Shown: in pieces, positions 14,801-26,790 of the stretch
Numbering within the stretch: position 1 is the first letter of the stretch
How the letters are laid out: each line of letters opens with the position of its first letter
Assembly (NCBI GenBank): GCA_002269645.1
Contig: NIVC01000077.1
Location: forward strand, 124,001-188,000
Direction: 5' to 3'
Length of the DNA stretch: 64,000 nt
DNA from: Macrostomum lignano
Lineage: Eukaryota
The notes under the pieces: model-generated
Databases searched by the model: none
What the model saw: the letters and a program-made list of their open reading frames with translations, nothing else
What the model was told of the DNA's origin: nothing
Made by a program: the position numbers and the translations under genes

Positions 14801-15700
14801 TTTTTGGGGGTTGTGCACGAAAATGTGCAGGTTGTCCTGCAAACCCCATTATTATTTTACATATAATCTCTAGGTGGCCTGTACTAATTGCAGCTGGCAA
14901 TACTTCCTAGGACAAAACTACTTGGCATTCCATACCACTGTAACATTGCAGCGCTGCAGACAAAAATAGCAACCCATAGAAATTGATTTCATCAAGCGCC
15001 GCCTGACAGCTTCCGGGAAAAAATCACAATGCTGTCTGTCAGGTGGGGATTATTTAAAGAAACTGTCAGTTGCAAAATTTCCCATGGGAGAGAAATCCTC
15101 TTCATTTATCATCCAAAGCGTCGATGCTTATGGAGGGCTGAGATAGAAGAAATGGACATAGAAAATAAAGGCGGAAATGAGAGCTGAGCTTCAGACAGTC
15201 AGCAGGCAGTATTCATCAAATTATTTCTGGGCTCATCATTTCACAGGCGTGCCATTAATAAGGACACTAGAGGCTGTTTCAAGGGTGCTATTTTTAATTA
15301 AGAGTGTACATCTGTACTTTTGAAATAAGCAGGCAGCTAGTACAGCCAATCAGCAATATCATTACAGAGAGAAACTTTAATCAAAATCAGTCAAACCAAC
15401 TGAGATAGCGAGAAAAAAAGTAGAAACAAACCAGCACAGTTGAACATGGAAAGATAATTGAATTCTCCAACAAGGCAAAATAGAACTATGTCAGTTTCAG
15501 TGAGAAAAATAGATTTCCCCTAAATCCAGTCACATCCCTCATCCCTATTCGACTGTCACCGCTAATTTCACTCAGTTTTTGGGCGCCCAAACCCGACTGG
15601 CAAGCATTCAAACGCAAATCTCGCCAACCAATCGGACACATTTTTATGCACTTTTAAGTCTGAAAACTGGTATAGATAGAGAAACAGGCACAATGCGTAC

Positions 15701-16002
15701 TTGCGATCGGCTAGAAACTGTTGCTGCTGTTGCAGTTGCTGCTGCTGCTGCAGTTGAAGAAAATAAGCCTGCTGGTGATAGATCAGTCCTGCTGGTGGCG
15801 GCTGGTCTGGCGAGACGGCATCACGATCGTCAAGCCGTTCATAAGTGGATGAATAACGCCTGGCATTTCTGCTCACACTGCCAGAAGCCAGAGCTGAGGA
15901 TCTGGGTCTCAATAGGTTGGCTAATTGGCTGCGGAGTGAGCTACCGCTGTGGTGCTGAGATGATTGCTGTTGCTGTTGTTGTTGCGGCGGTGACGAGCTC
16001 AT
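15701..16002 (-). CDS. Putative first coding exon (poly-Gln/Ser low complexity), probably of the kelch-like gene
   Basis: ATG at 16002 (MSSSPPQQQQ...LADR) ends at an AA|GTACGC donor in phase 2. This matches the phase-2 acceptor CTAACCTGCCAG|C at 5471. The link is inferred. Confidence 0.5.
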
Positions 16003-18725
16003 AATTATTTTTTCAATTCTTAAAACTAGTGAAGTGCAAGCACTATAAACTGAACGAGTGTTTACTATTATATAGAGTGCGGCTGGTGTAGGGCAGAGAG
16101 GGGATGGCAACACACAGGTAGCAAAGGGAATCAGAGAGATGGAAAAGAGCGCATACAAAACACACACACACACACACACACGAAGAGGAAAGGGCTGAGA
16201 GGCAGATAAGAATCAACCAATGGGCACAGACTGGTGGGAAACACAGCTGCAGCAGTTCGGGTAGGGGTTTGAAGCACAACTGCATATTTCGAGGTCGGCA
16301 CTGGCCGGGCTAAAAGGAATCGGTGCATTATAAAAAATATGCGCCCGGAGACGAGAAACCAATCACAGGTGCTTGGGCTGGGCTACGGGCTCTAAATGAC
16401 GCTGTGCAGAGAGCGGACTGGTCTTAGGGTGGGAGGAGGATGCGAACCGAGAAAGCCGATGACAGACAGGGCAGAGCTTTAAGACTCTGGTATGAAAGAA
16501 GAAGAAAAAGAACTTTCGAATCAAGGCGGCTGCAGCTGCAAGGCTGGGCAAAAGTAAAAAGCAAAGAAGTTGAATTGAGATTAGAAAATCTGGCAATTTT
16601 CGCGCTGGGAGAGGAGGGAAATATATATATTTGCCATCCATAAACATCAAAGAAAGCTCTTGTCGTCACTTGCAAATTTTAAGCTTTGCAAAAGCCGCTT
16701 ATTCTCTAAACCACTTCTAAGCGACAAACGAAAGCAGATCAATCACTCTCGCTTACTCATGACTCAGCATAAAACTATTCGAAGGCGCTAGAAAAAGCCT
16801 AACCTCTATCATGCCTTCGCCTAAAAATAAAATATGGCATTTCTTAAATTCAACTATACTACTAACAGTAGGGAATAAAATAAATCTTTTTTGAGCGTGC
16901 CACAGCTGGTGAAACAATTCTACCCATTTCGCTGACTCCTGAGTATGTACGTTCACAAATGCGCGGTTACTGCACGCAGGCACGCACTCGTACATACGAT
17001 CACACAGGGTGTACAGCGGTCCTGACTTTTAAAACGCCTCGGAGGTTGGTCTTCATGCATGTGAATCGCATGACAACCTCCGGAGAACTTTCCTGCACAA
17101 GCCCTGTAATTAAAAGGATTTGGAATCGAACCAGGGATTGCGGCGTGTGAGTCAGACACGTTTAACACTGAGCTGCTCTGCCCCTACTAACAGTAGCTAT
17201 GAAGGTATGCAATTTCTGTTTTTAGCCAAACTTTTATCTGCTTACATTTTGTCTATTCAGATCATATTTTGGAGTATAAACTTACTTTTTTATTTGTATA
17301 ATAACTGTTATTTACATTATACAATTAGTAAAAAGCAACCATAAGTTAAGAAAAAGTGCCCAAGCTTTTAAAAAAGATTTAAACACCTTAAAACCATTTC
17401 TAAGAAGAAAAAAATAAACTACAACAGAATGGGTTGTTTTCAATTGAGTTATTAAAGACAGATGAGTCATCATTTCTAAGGAAAATAGCATAAAAATTTG
17501 ATTTTACCTATACAGACGATATATCATCCTACATATGGCCTATAGGCCTTGTCAGAGGCCATAGTCAAGAAAGTAATATAGTATATACTAGAATATTTTT
17601 GGGGATAATCTATGCCCTCTACATGTTATCTAGGTATCAAATATATACTGATTCTAAGTTCAAATCTATAAAAAAATAACAATAAAATTAAACATAAAAA
17701 ACTAATTAGTCAACAAAAACTGTGTTTTATAACCATTTAATATAAATATTAGAATTTATATTTACTTATGCTAATAAAGTTGTTTATCATGTATGCTAGG
17801 GACTATAGTATGCATTATGATTATGATTATGCCTCATAGTCTATGCCAAAATAATTTTTTGAGGGACAATTTATGAGCTATCTATATGTTACTTATGCAC
17901 TATCTATGAGGGTAATGTCATAAATCTGCAGACAAACATCTCTTGCTTCTCTCTTGCAATAATATAAGTTGATATTTTAGTCTAGTGCTTTAAGGCTCTT
18001 GACAACTATGTCTATGGAAAAATATTTTTTCTAAATTTAATGTAAGACAAAAAATCCTATCTTTCATACCACTCTCTTAAGCCACCATGATCAATAGGGA
18101 AAGGTGAATTTTCAAAATTTATATTATCATTTGGTCATTGCAGGACAAAAGAAGCAAGCAAAAATATTTCATAAAATGTAAAAAAATATTTGGCAGAGGC
18201 AGCATCCAAACAGTCAAAGTAGGTCCAGCACTTTGAAGCTAGCTAGAAGACTGTAGATGATGCTCCTTGCTCAGGTACTCTATAAACACCTACCTCATAT
18301 GAAGATATCCATGTCCTATGTGTGCTGCATACCCTGAATGATGATTGTTGTATGACAATTTGGTAACTTAGACTTTGGAGATACCCATGAAGAGCATTCA
18401 TTACATCATTGCTGATCATCTTAACATGATACAAGTTGTTGCTCAATGGGTGCCTAAGCTCCCAACACTGGCCTAGCTACAAGAGAGGGTCCATATCTAC
18501 AACCAACTTCTAAATGCTTATTGAAATAAGCTTGACTTTCTTGGTTGCCTAGTAATTTGTGATAAATCGAAGCTTCACAACTACAAACACCAGAGTAGTA
18601 TATAGAAGACACCTAATGAAGCCCTACTTGCTATTTAGCAAGGTCAAGACTATGCAGTCTGCTAGGAAGCATATGGCAAAAGTCTTTTGGGACAGGAAGG
18701 CATCTTGCTAACTTTTAGCTAACTT

Positions 18726-18935
18726 TTACTTTTGAACTTTTCATGCAGCTGCTCAATGATTTCACTTTCACAGTAGTATTAGACATTGATAATTCTTTTT
18801 TAGTAGCTATGCAACTAATGCAACTATGCAACTTTTTTAGTAGCTATGCAATAGCTACTAAAAAATAATTATCAATGTCCAATACTACTGTGAAAGTGAA
18901 ATCATTGAGCAGCTGCATGAAAAGTTCAAAAGTAA
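18726..18935. mobile_element. About 210-bp near-perfect palindrome/MITE with TA at both ends
   Basis: ACTTTTGAACTTTTCATGCAGCTGCTCAATGATTTCACTTTCACAGTAGTATT... mirrors ...AATACTACTGTGAAAGTGAAATCATTGAGCAGCTGCATGAAAAGTTCAAAAGT. Confidence 0.8.
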
Positions 18936-18944
18936 CATACATGC

Positions 18945-19100
18945 GCAACCTTGGGAATCATTTGGCCATTTCTATTGGCAACACACACATGTAAGTTGCT
19001 ATTGGCTGAGAGCAGTCACATGACTACTATTCTGTCCAATAGTGACTTACATGTGTGTGTTGCCAATAGAAATGGCCAGGTGAATCCCTAGGTTGCACCC
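18945..19100. mobile_element. Second hairpin MITE-like insert within the mariner remnant
   Basis: TGGCCATTTCTATTGGCAACACACACATGTAAGT is inverted with ACTTACATGTGTGTGTTGCCAATAGAAATGGCCA. Confidence 0.75.
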
Positions 19101-22100
19101 AAGCATGAAAAGTAAACAATGAGCATTGTGCTGCAACATGACAATGCTAAGTCATATACCTGCAATGAGACTATCAATAGACTATCATAGACTATCAATA
19201 GACTATCAGTAGACACTATCAATAGACTATACTTTGAGCTTCTGCCTCAGCCTGGGCATTAGCAAATTGCCAGAAAGATGACAAAAATTGTTTAGTTCTA
19301 GGGTGACCATGTTGAGAAATATGACTGATTATACTCATATTAGAAGTTTGTACCTTTATTTGTTTAATAGTTATATTTGTCAATAAATTTATAAGAACCT
19401 TTGTATACTGTTTTTGTATATTATTTCTTACAAAAAATACAACAAAATATATGGACTAACCATAAAAAATTAAAATAAAATGTATGAACCAATTTTTTTA
19501 AATGTTTCAAAAATGTACCCAAAACATAGTGCACTATATACAACTAGGTTAAAGAGCTTAATGTATACCAATTATAAGCAAAATATATATTAAAGATACC
19601 TTAAGTGCACAAGAATTTTCTGTGGCCAAGGCCAACTTTCTGATTATAGATTTGCATTAGGTATAATAGGGAACCCTAATGTTTACTATAATTTCTTGAC
19701 AAAGGCCACTTTCAATAAGACTTCAATAAGGGCTTTTATGACCTTCAGTACCAATATGTATATAAAAGGTAAATTTCAATAAAAATAAGTTTTTATGAAT
19801 AACTTTGCAATGCATTTACATAGAATTAAAAGCAAATATAAACTAGAAAAAAATGAGAAATACTTTGTCATAGAGAAAACTCCTATGATTTACTAAAATT
19901 ACTTTAATTTTTGCTAAGAATTCTTTTCTAAATAAGTTACATTTTTGGTTAAAAATAAGTTGCATAGCCTATATAAATCAGGGGGTTGCATATGCAAAAT
20001 CTAAAATATGCATTATGAAAATATTGAAAACTTAAATACAAAAAGGCTATGGCTATACTATAGAATTGTTTGTTAAATTATGTTTTGCTTAAATCTAATT
20101 CTATTCTATATAAAATATAATATATAATATATAATATATATCTAATAAATGAATTTACAGTTTAATATATTGGCAGCTAAATTGTTTGTTATAGTCAATT
20201 GCTATAAACATCACAACATGAGGGTACTATTTGAACATTAAATAGGGTTAAGCATTTCAAACCAGGAAAGGAAGCTGCCAAAAACTTTCTGTGGAAATAG
20301 CCGCCTCCAGAGATACTCTTGCAATTATAACTCAAATAGTCCTTTAGATGTATTATGCATTTGCCAAAACATGGCTTTGCTATGAGCCCATGTGCCCTCA
20401 ATACAAATTGTGTAGTCAGTTAGATCATTGGGTCAACAAAATTGAGCCAGTGATTGACAAATGCATGGTTTGACAATTGGTTATAGGCCTGCCAACCATA
20501 TATTATTATTCTTGTTCTTGGCTAAACATGTTGCTAGATAATAGGCAGCAGCATATCAGCCTTGCAGTCAAGTACATAACCATGGCATAGTGGTTAGATC
20601 CTATGTCAAGGACCCAATGACCTTCTTAGTACTAGACAACATGGTACTTCCAATGAAAAAAACTTACTTTTGTCAATCTTGACCACAGTGTTAGGACTTC
20701 CAAGCTACATGGGGTAGTCTACAGGGTACTGAGCATAGATATCCTAGCAATAATTGGTCTAGTCTATAGCAGTATTCCAATAGCCAATCTGGCACTTGCA
20801 CATGATATCTTGCATCCTTGTATACATAGACTATAGATATATAAAATCCAAGAGCTATGTGAGCTTGAGCTTGCTAGCTTTAAAGAATGATCCTTTTTGA
20901 ATAGATTCCTATCCATGGTATAGTATGTATATATGCCTAGGCCCAACCATCAAGGAATTATTCACCAACTTGATATTGCAAATGCATTGCAGGTACATTA
21001 TCACCTCTATTTCTGATAGTGCAGTGGCTGCATCTTTGTTCATTGGAAATTAGACAGTATGTGGCCAACTACCACATGGTAGCCTGAGTATCTGTTGCCA
21101 TTGTTGCCATGCTACACAAGGTAACCTCCATGTTTGCTAATTCTAAAGCTAGCAAGTGGCACAATCCAATTCCAAGTTGAGGTTACTAATTATTTAGCTA
21201 TCTAGCAAAAAATAGTAGTCCAAATTAGAAAAATAAGCAATGTCTTGATTTGAATCCTAGTATTAGCAGCTTGGCAACTAATTTTTCAATTTCAAATATA
21301 TTGATCCCTTTAAAAGTCTGCCCATATTGCCTTTTTTGACTATAGATATATTTTCATGCTTTGTGCATGCAAAACTGATATTTTATAAACTTGATATTTT
21401 AGGAATTCTTGACTTGACATCAGTGTACAAATTTAAATGTTATGATATTTCCTAGATAAATTTACCTAATCACATTATTACCCTATTTAACATTTAAAAT
21501 AAATAGTACCCTCTTGCTTGCTATGATATTTGTGGCAATTGACTATGACAAATAATTTAGTTGCCATTAAATGAGTTTAATTAAAATATTAACTTGTTTT
21601 ATATACTTGGTAAATATACTTAAATATACTTGTTTTATATTTTTAGATTCAAAAAACAAAATGTAATTGAATTTAAATGAAAAAAATAATTTAATAAATG
21701 ATTCTTTTATAGAACAGCTATAACTTTTCATTAGTAATAGTTAGGCCCTAGTTATTACTACTATTTAACCAATTTTCAAAATTGGGCCTAAGCTATCTTT
21801 ATATTTTAGGAAAAATAAAAATTATCAAATTAAATAAAAATAAAGAACAAATAGGCAAATAGGGCCTAACTTTAAAAATCTCACTATCATCCCTTACCTA
21901 CATGTATAGCTAGTTAGGCAGTGCCATAGCTAGTCTATAATATAGGAAAAGAACTTATATTACTTTGCTATAGCACTGTGGTGAGAAACTATACAATAGA
22001 TTATAAACTGTGGTAAAAACCAAAATGCTGATCATTTAAAGTTAGGATTTTAATCAACATATTTATGCTACTGCATCTAATCTCAAAGATTTTTTAATCT

Positions 22101-22843
22101 TGCTCAACTTGCTTTTATATTAACAAAAAGTGTCCGAATCTATAATTTCTACATCATATTATCAAACCCAGGATCCCAACAAAACTTAGAGTCTTGGTCC
22201 TATTTAATTCCAGAAATTTTACTCCTACATCCTATTCAAGGTTCACTTGCACCTAATTACCCTTCACGAAATTTTCTGCAATAATAATTTATTTCCAGAT
22301 AAATAAATGATGAAAATGATTGCATGTAGATTGTATTATTATTTTTATTATTATTATACAGACGCTCGCTCAGGGGTCGGTCAGCGAAGCACCCGTTGGC
22401 GTTGGTGAAAAACAGCCGAGTCCAGGCGTAGATTATATATTTTAAGTATACCATTCAAATACTTGGTAGTAAACACGTCAAAATGAAAAAGAATACAATT
22501 TCTTTAATTTGGAGGGTGAAAGATTTAGGGCATTGCATTGGAATTTCTACTGTGCGCAATTGCAGTACACAAGTCAGTTGAAGGAAGTTCTTTACAGGAA
22601 AAATAGAAATTAAATGTGTAACTAATTTTAAACTGTTAAAACAAAGCATACGTTATTTTTGCTTTTTTAGTCTTTTGTTATTTTAATAGTGATGCTTCTT
22701 ATATTTTTAATATAACTTATATGGCTTTTTATTAAACAAATAAAACCCTTTTTAAAAGTGTGGTATCACTATATAGTTTTGACTTTTCTTTTCAATTCAT
22801 TTTTCTTAACTTTTACTCGAACTGTGCATATTTTCATCGCAAA

Positions 22844-23722
22844 ATGCCACCAAAGAAAGGAAAAAAGAAAGGAAAAAGCAAAGGAAAAGATAAGGGCGCC
22901 AAGAAAGCTGATGAATCCGTGGCACCTGAAGGAGAACAGTTGCAAGAGGAAGTCGTTGACAAAGAGCAACAATTAAAAGAAGAATTGGCAAAAGTTATCA
23001 AAGAAGTTGAAGATGCTAAAAAGAAGCTTTCGGAATTGAAGAGTGAAAACGAATGGCTCCAGGAAGAGTCTCAGCGAATTCGAGTTGAAAGTCACGAATA
23101 CATGGGCTACATGGAGAAACGCGCGGACAAGAGACAGAAGGCATTGATAACGCTCAGCGACTATAACGAGCACGAAATCAAGGTTTTGCTACAACAGCGA
23201 GACGAGATGCTTGAAGCGTACAACTACCAGAAGGAAGAATTAAAACAGACACTACTTTCGAAGCAAAATGAACTGTCAAAAGCGCGCGACGAGTTGGATG
23301 AACTTGCTGAGTTCAAAAAGCTTAAGGATGAGCAAGCTGAAATGATCAAGCATTTGGAGAAAGAGGCCCAGAATTTGAGAATTCAGCATTCTGAGCAGCT
23401 GCAGCAGCTCAAAGCAAAATTCATGCGCGAAAAGCGAGAGTTTCAAGAGGAATCCGAACAAAAAGTTCACCAGCTTTCAAAGGAAGCATACAAGGAGGCT
23501 ATCACGTCTCTCATAGATCATTCAAACACCGTCAAGCTGCAGAATAGAAAGCTTCGTAAAGATTTACTGCACATGATTCAGCAGACAAGGCTGCTCCAAG
23601 AGCACAAAAAGAAGCTGGAAATTCAGCACGATGAACTACTAAAGGAGCAAGAGTTCTCCAAGGACATCCGGAAGCTACGAAACGCAACGAAGCAACTGTA
23701 CACCGGAGAGAAGAGCAAATAA
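22844..23722 (+). CDS. CCDC166: Coiled-coil protein, CCDC166/CCDC121 (DUF4515) family, 292 aa, intronless
   Basis: The true start is likely the AAAATG at 22844 (MPPKKGKKK). The segments ENEWLQEESQRIRVESHEYMGYM, HSEQLQQLKAKFMREKREF and LIDHSNTVKLQNRKLRKDLL align by eye with CCDC166. AATAAA-type signals follow downstream (about 24,033-24,050). Confidence 0.8.
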   Translation: MPPKKGKKKGKSKGKDKGAKKADESVAPEGEQLQEEVVDKEQQLKEELAKVIKEVEDAKKKLSELKSENEWLQEESQRIRVESHEYMGYMEKRADKRQKALITLSDYNEHEIKVLLQQRDEMLEAYNYQKEELKQTLLSKQNELSKARDELDELAEFKKLKDEQAEMIKHLEKEAQNLRIQHSEQLQQLKAKFMREKREFQEESEQKVHQLSKEAYKEAITSLIDHSNTVKLQNRKLRKDLLHMIQQTRLLQEHKKKLEIQHDELLKEQEFSKDIRKLRNATKQLYTGEKSK

Positions 23723-24260
23723 ATTAAGCAAATTTATTGTTCGAAATAACTTCTGTTGCAACTGTGCTTATGTGTTTTGGACTACACACTATTTTATAAT
23801 GATATAAGTTTCTCTTTGGGTTGCCCAGGCTTCTGTATAATAAATATATCTTATTGGAGAGGCTTGGCTCTAAGACTGAATACTTACTTCAGCCTAAATA
23901 TCCATTTTTTTGTTTTTTCGCTTAATTTATTATAAGACTGCTATTCTCAGGTTTGATACAGTTTACAAAGTCTTGATTAGCCTACAGAATAATAAATATT
24001 TTCACAACACACAACACCAGTCATATCGATCAAATAAAGAATAAAATAAATTTTGATCAACAAATTTTACCCTATTTTTAATTTAATCTACTCCTAGTAG
24101 CATAAATAGGCTAGAAGCTTTAATACATCGCACCAAAGAAGCCCACTAAACGTTTAGGAGACTGCATAAATTCTACAGATGCTCGAAAAAATTGATTAAT
24201 GAAACTTACAAAATACAAATTAAGCAGCACGATCAAAATTGAACTATAAATCAACATACA

Positions 24261-24805
24261 TACATAAATCAACAGGCTAAGTCCGGTTTCCTCTTGCCCC
24301 TTGAGCCCCCCCCCCCTTGGCCTGGCCTCAAATATTGAGCTGGATAGGTGATGCCCTTGTGGCTTGCAGCCCCATAGGTAGTTGGAGGTCCTGCCTGATG
24401 GGAGACTCGCCCTCGGATACAAGCCTTCCAGACTCGCGCCAATAGTTAAGCCCTTTCCAAGACTTCTCGGTTTCCCCGCTCTTGGACGGCTTTCAGTAGT
24501 ATACCAAACATTTTCAAATCCAATTCTGTTTTTCGCGCACTCCCGAGGACTCGTCTGCTGGGGGGTAGCCTGGGTGGACTCGGTCCTAGCACCGTCCCTG
24601 ATTCCACTTTTTGGGTTGGCGGTGTCTTGTACCATAGGCTTGGGCTAGTAGCCCCAAAATTCCCCCTGGCCTAGACGTCGGGGCCCAATCAGGAGGGTAT
24701 CTCGGGCTTAGGCCCCTGGAAGTGCCCCTCAGCGGCAGAGCCCCCCCCCCAGGGCTGATCCGCGGAAAGCAAGCTCTTTCCTCCCCGTTTAACAACAACA
24801 ACAAC
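24261..24805 (+). mobile_element. Retroposed insert (5'-truncated non-LTR element 3' end, or SINE) with (AAC)n tail and 13-bp target-site duplication
   Basis: A GC-rich 545-bp insert ends in CCCCGTTT(AAC)n. It is flanked by AAATCAACATACA at 24248-24260 and 24806-24818. Confidence 0.7.
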
Positions 24806-24821
24806 AAATCAACATACAAGG

Positions 24822-25083
<262 letters not shown>

Positions 25084-25714
25084 GACACACACGTTCAAAA
25101 TGTAAGATGGCCGTGGACGCTATAGGACAGGCAGATAAGAAGGGAATACACAGAAATCGCTTAATCTCAATGTCTCGCCAGTCGCAAAAGCTCCAGCGAG
25201 GCTCGCACCATCGCCAGCTCTGCCATCCGTAACGTTCTCAACTCAAGCCCAATGCCCAATGGTGTAAATGCAATTCGACCCATTAAGCCAGAAGTGGGTG
25301 CTCGCTAAGCAAACAACAAATGACATTTAAATTTAGAGACGACAGACGTTTATTATAAGTAGATAGAGAGCGCGCTGGATCAATGCTATTTGAGCAGGGC
25401 TGCTCAAACAGACCACCAGTTGCTTCCCCTGACCCCCTCCTCACAGCCCATTTGGCCCGAGCTGTATGCTAATTTATTTTCAATGGCCCAAACGTTTGCC
25501 ATGAAGTTGAACCGATCTGCTTTGGATCTCAAATTTGATTGGGATTTTATTCCAACTGGACTGACTTAATTGGTATTAATCACTTTAGAGATTTATTTGT
25601 ACAGCGGCTATCATGCTAACGTAATTATCGACTATGTTCGAGCAGTGGTGGATTTAAAAGTGGGGCCAATGCTCGACCCATTGTAAAATTTTATCTTAGC
25701 TTGGCATTTTAGAA

Positions 25715-26790
25715 GGCGCTATCTTATTTAGGGGGCGCTGGCTTGTTTAGGGGCGCTGTCTTGTTTAGGGAACCGCTAGCTGTCTTGTTTCGTCGCTGCT
25801 GTCTTGTTTAGAGAGCGCCGGCTTGTTTAGGGGGTGCTGTCTTGTTTAGAGAGCGCCGGCTTGTTTAGGGGGTGCTGTCTTGTTTAGGGGGTGCTGTCTT
25901 GTTTAGGGGGTGCTGTCTTGTTTAGGGGGTGCTGTCTTGTTTAGGGGGTGCTGCCTTGTTTAGGGGGTGCTGTCTTGTTTAGGGGGTGCTGCCTTGTTTA
26001 GGGGGTGCTGCCTTGTTTAGGGGGTGCTGTCTTGTTTAGAGAGCGCCGGCTTGTTTAGGGGGTGCTGTCTTGTTTAGGGGGTGCTGTCTTGTTTAGGAGG
26101 TGCTGTCTTGTTTAGGGGGTGCTGCCTTGTTTAGGGGGTGCTGTCTTGTTTAGGGGGTGCTGTCTTGTTTAGGGGTGCTGTCTTGTTTAGGGGGTGCTGC
26201 CTTGTTTAGGGGTGCTGTCTTGTTTAGGGGGTGCTGTCTTGTTTAGGGGGTGCTGTCTTGTTTAGGGGGTGCTGCCTTGTTTAGGGGGTGCTGTCTTGTT
26301 TAGGGGTGCTGCCTTGTTTAGGGGGTGCTGCCTTGTTTAGGGGGTGCTGTCTTGTTTAGGGGGTGCTGTCTTGTTTAGGGGGTGCTGCCTTGTTTAGGGG
26401 GTGCTGCCTTGTTTAGGGGGTGCTGTCTTGTTTAGGGGGTGCTGTCTTGTTTAGGGGGTGCTGTCTTGTTTAGGGGGTGCTGTCTTGTTTAGGGGGTGCT
26501 GTCTTGTTTAGGGGGTGCTGTCTTGTTTAGGGGGTGCTGCCTTGTTTAGGAGGCCGCTAGCTGTTTTGTTTAGGAGGCCGCTAACTGTCTTGTTTAGGGG
26601 GCCGCTAGCTGTATTGTTTAGGGGGTGCTGTTTAGGGGGCCGCTAGCTTTCTTGTTTAGGGGTGCTGTCTTGTTTAGGGGGCCGCTAGCTTTCTTGTTTA
26701 GGGGCGCTGGCTTGTTTAAGGGGTGCTGTCTAGGGGGCCGCTAGCTGTCTTGTTTAGGGGGCGCTAGCTTGTTTAGGGGGTGCTGCTTTG
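25715..26790. repeat. 19-bp minisatellite (CTTGTTTAGGGGGTGCTGT), each unit containing TTAGGG
   Basis: Direct reading. Confidence 0.95.

Larger units (their letters stand above)
18250..19255 (+). pseudogene. Decayed mariner transposase, interrupted by two hairpin insertions
   Basis: Fragments with stops and frameshifts: VDDAPCSG, SIHYIIADHLNMIQVVAQWVPKL (WVPxxL motif), FLGCLVICDKSKLHNY (first Asp), SARKHMAKVFWD, IVLQHDNAKSYT (second Asp), FELLPQP. Confidence 0.85.

Noticed and set aside
22760-22843. GTG-initiated N-terminal extension of the CCDC166-like ORF
   Set aside because: It is a T-rich non-coding-like stretch. AAAATG at 22844 gives the family-typical MPPKK start.
24531-24560. Hammerhead-ribozyme-like CAGACGAG...CGAAA on the minus strand
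   Set aside because: The core deviates from CUGANGA, stem II does not pair well, and no stem I/III with a cleavage triplet was found.
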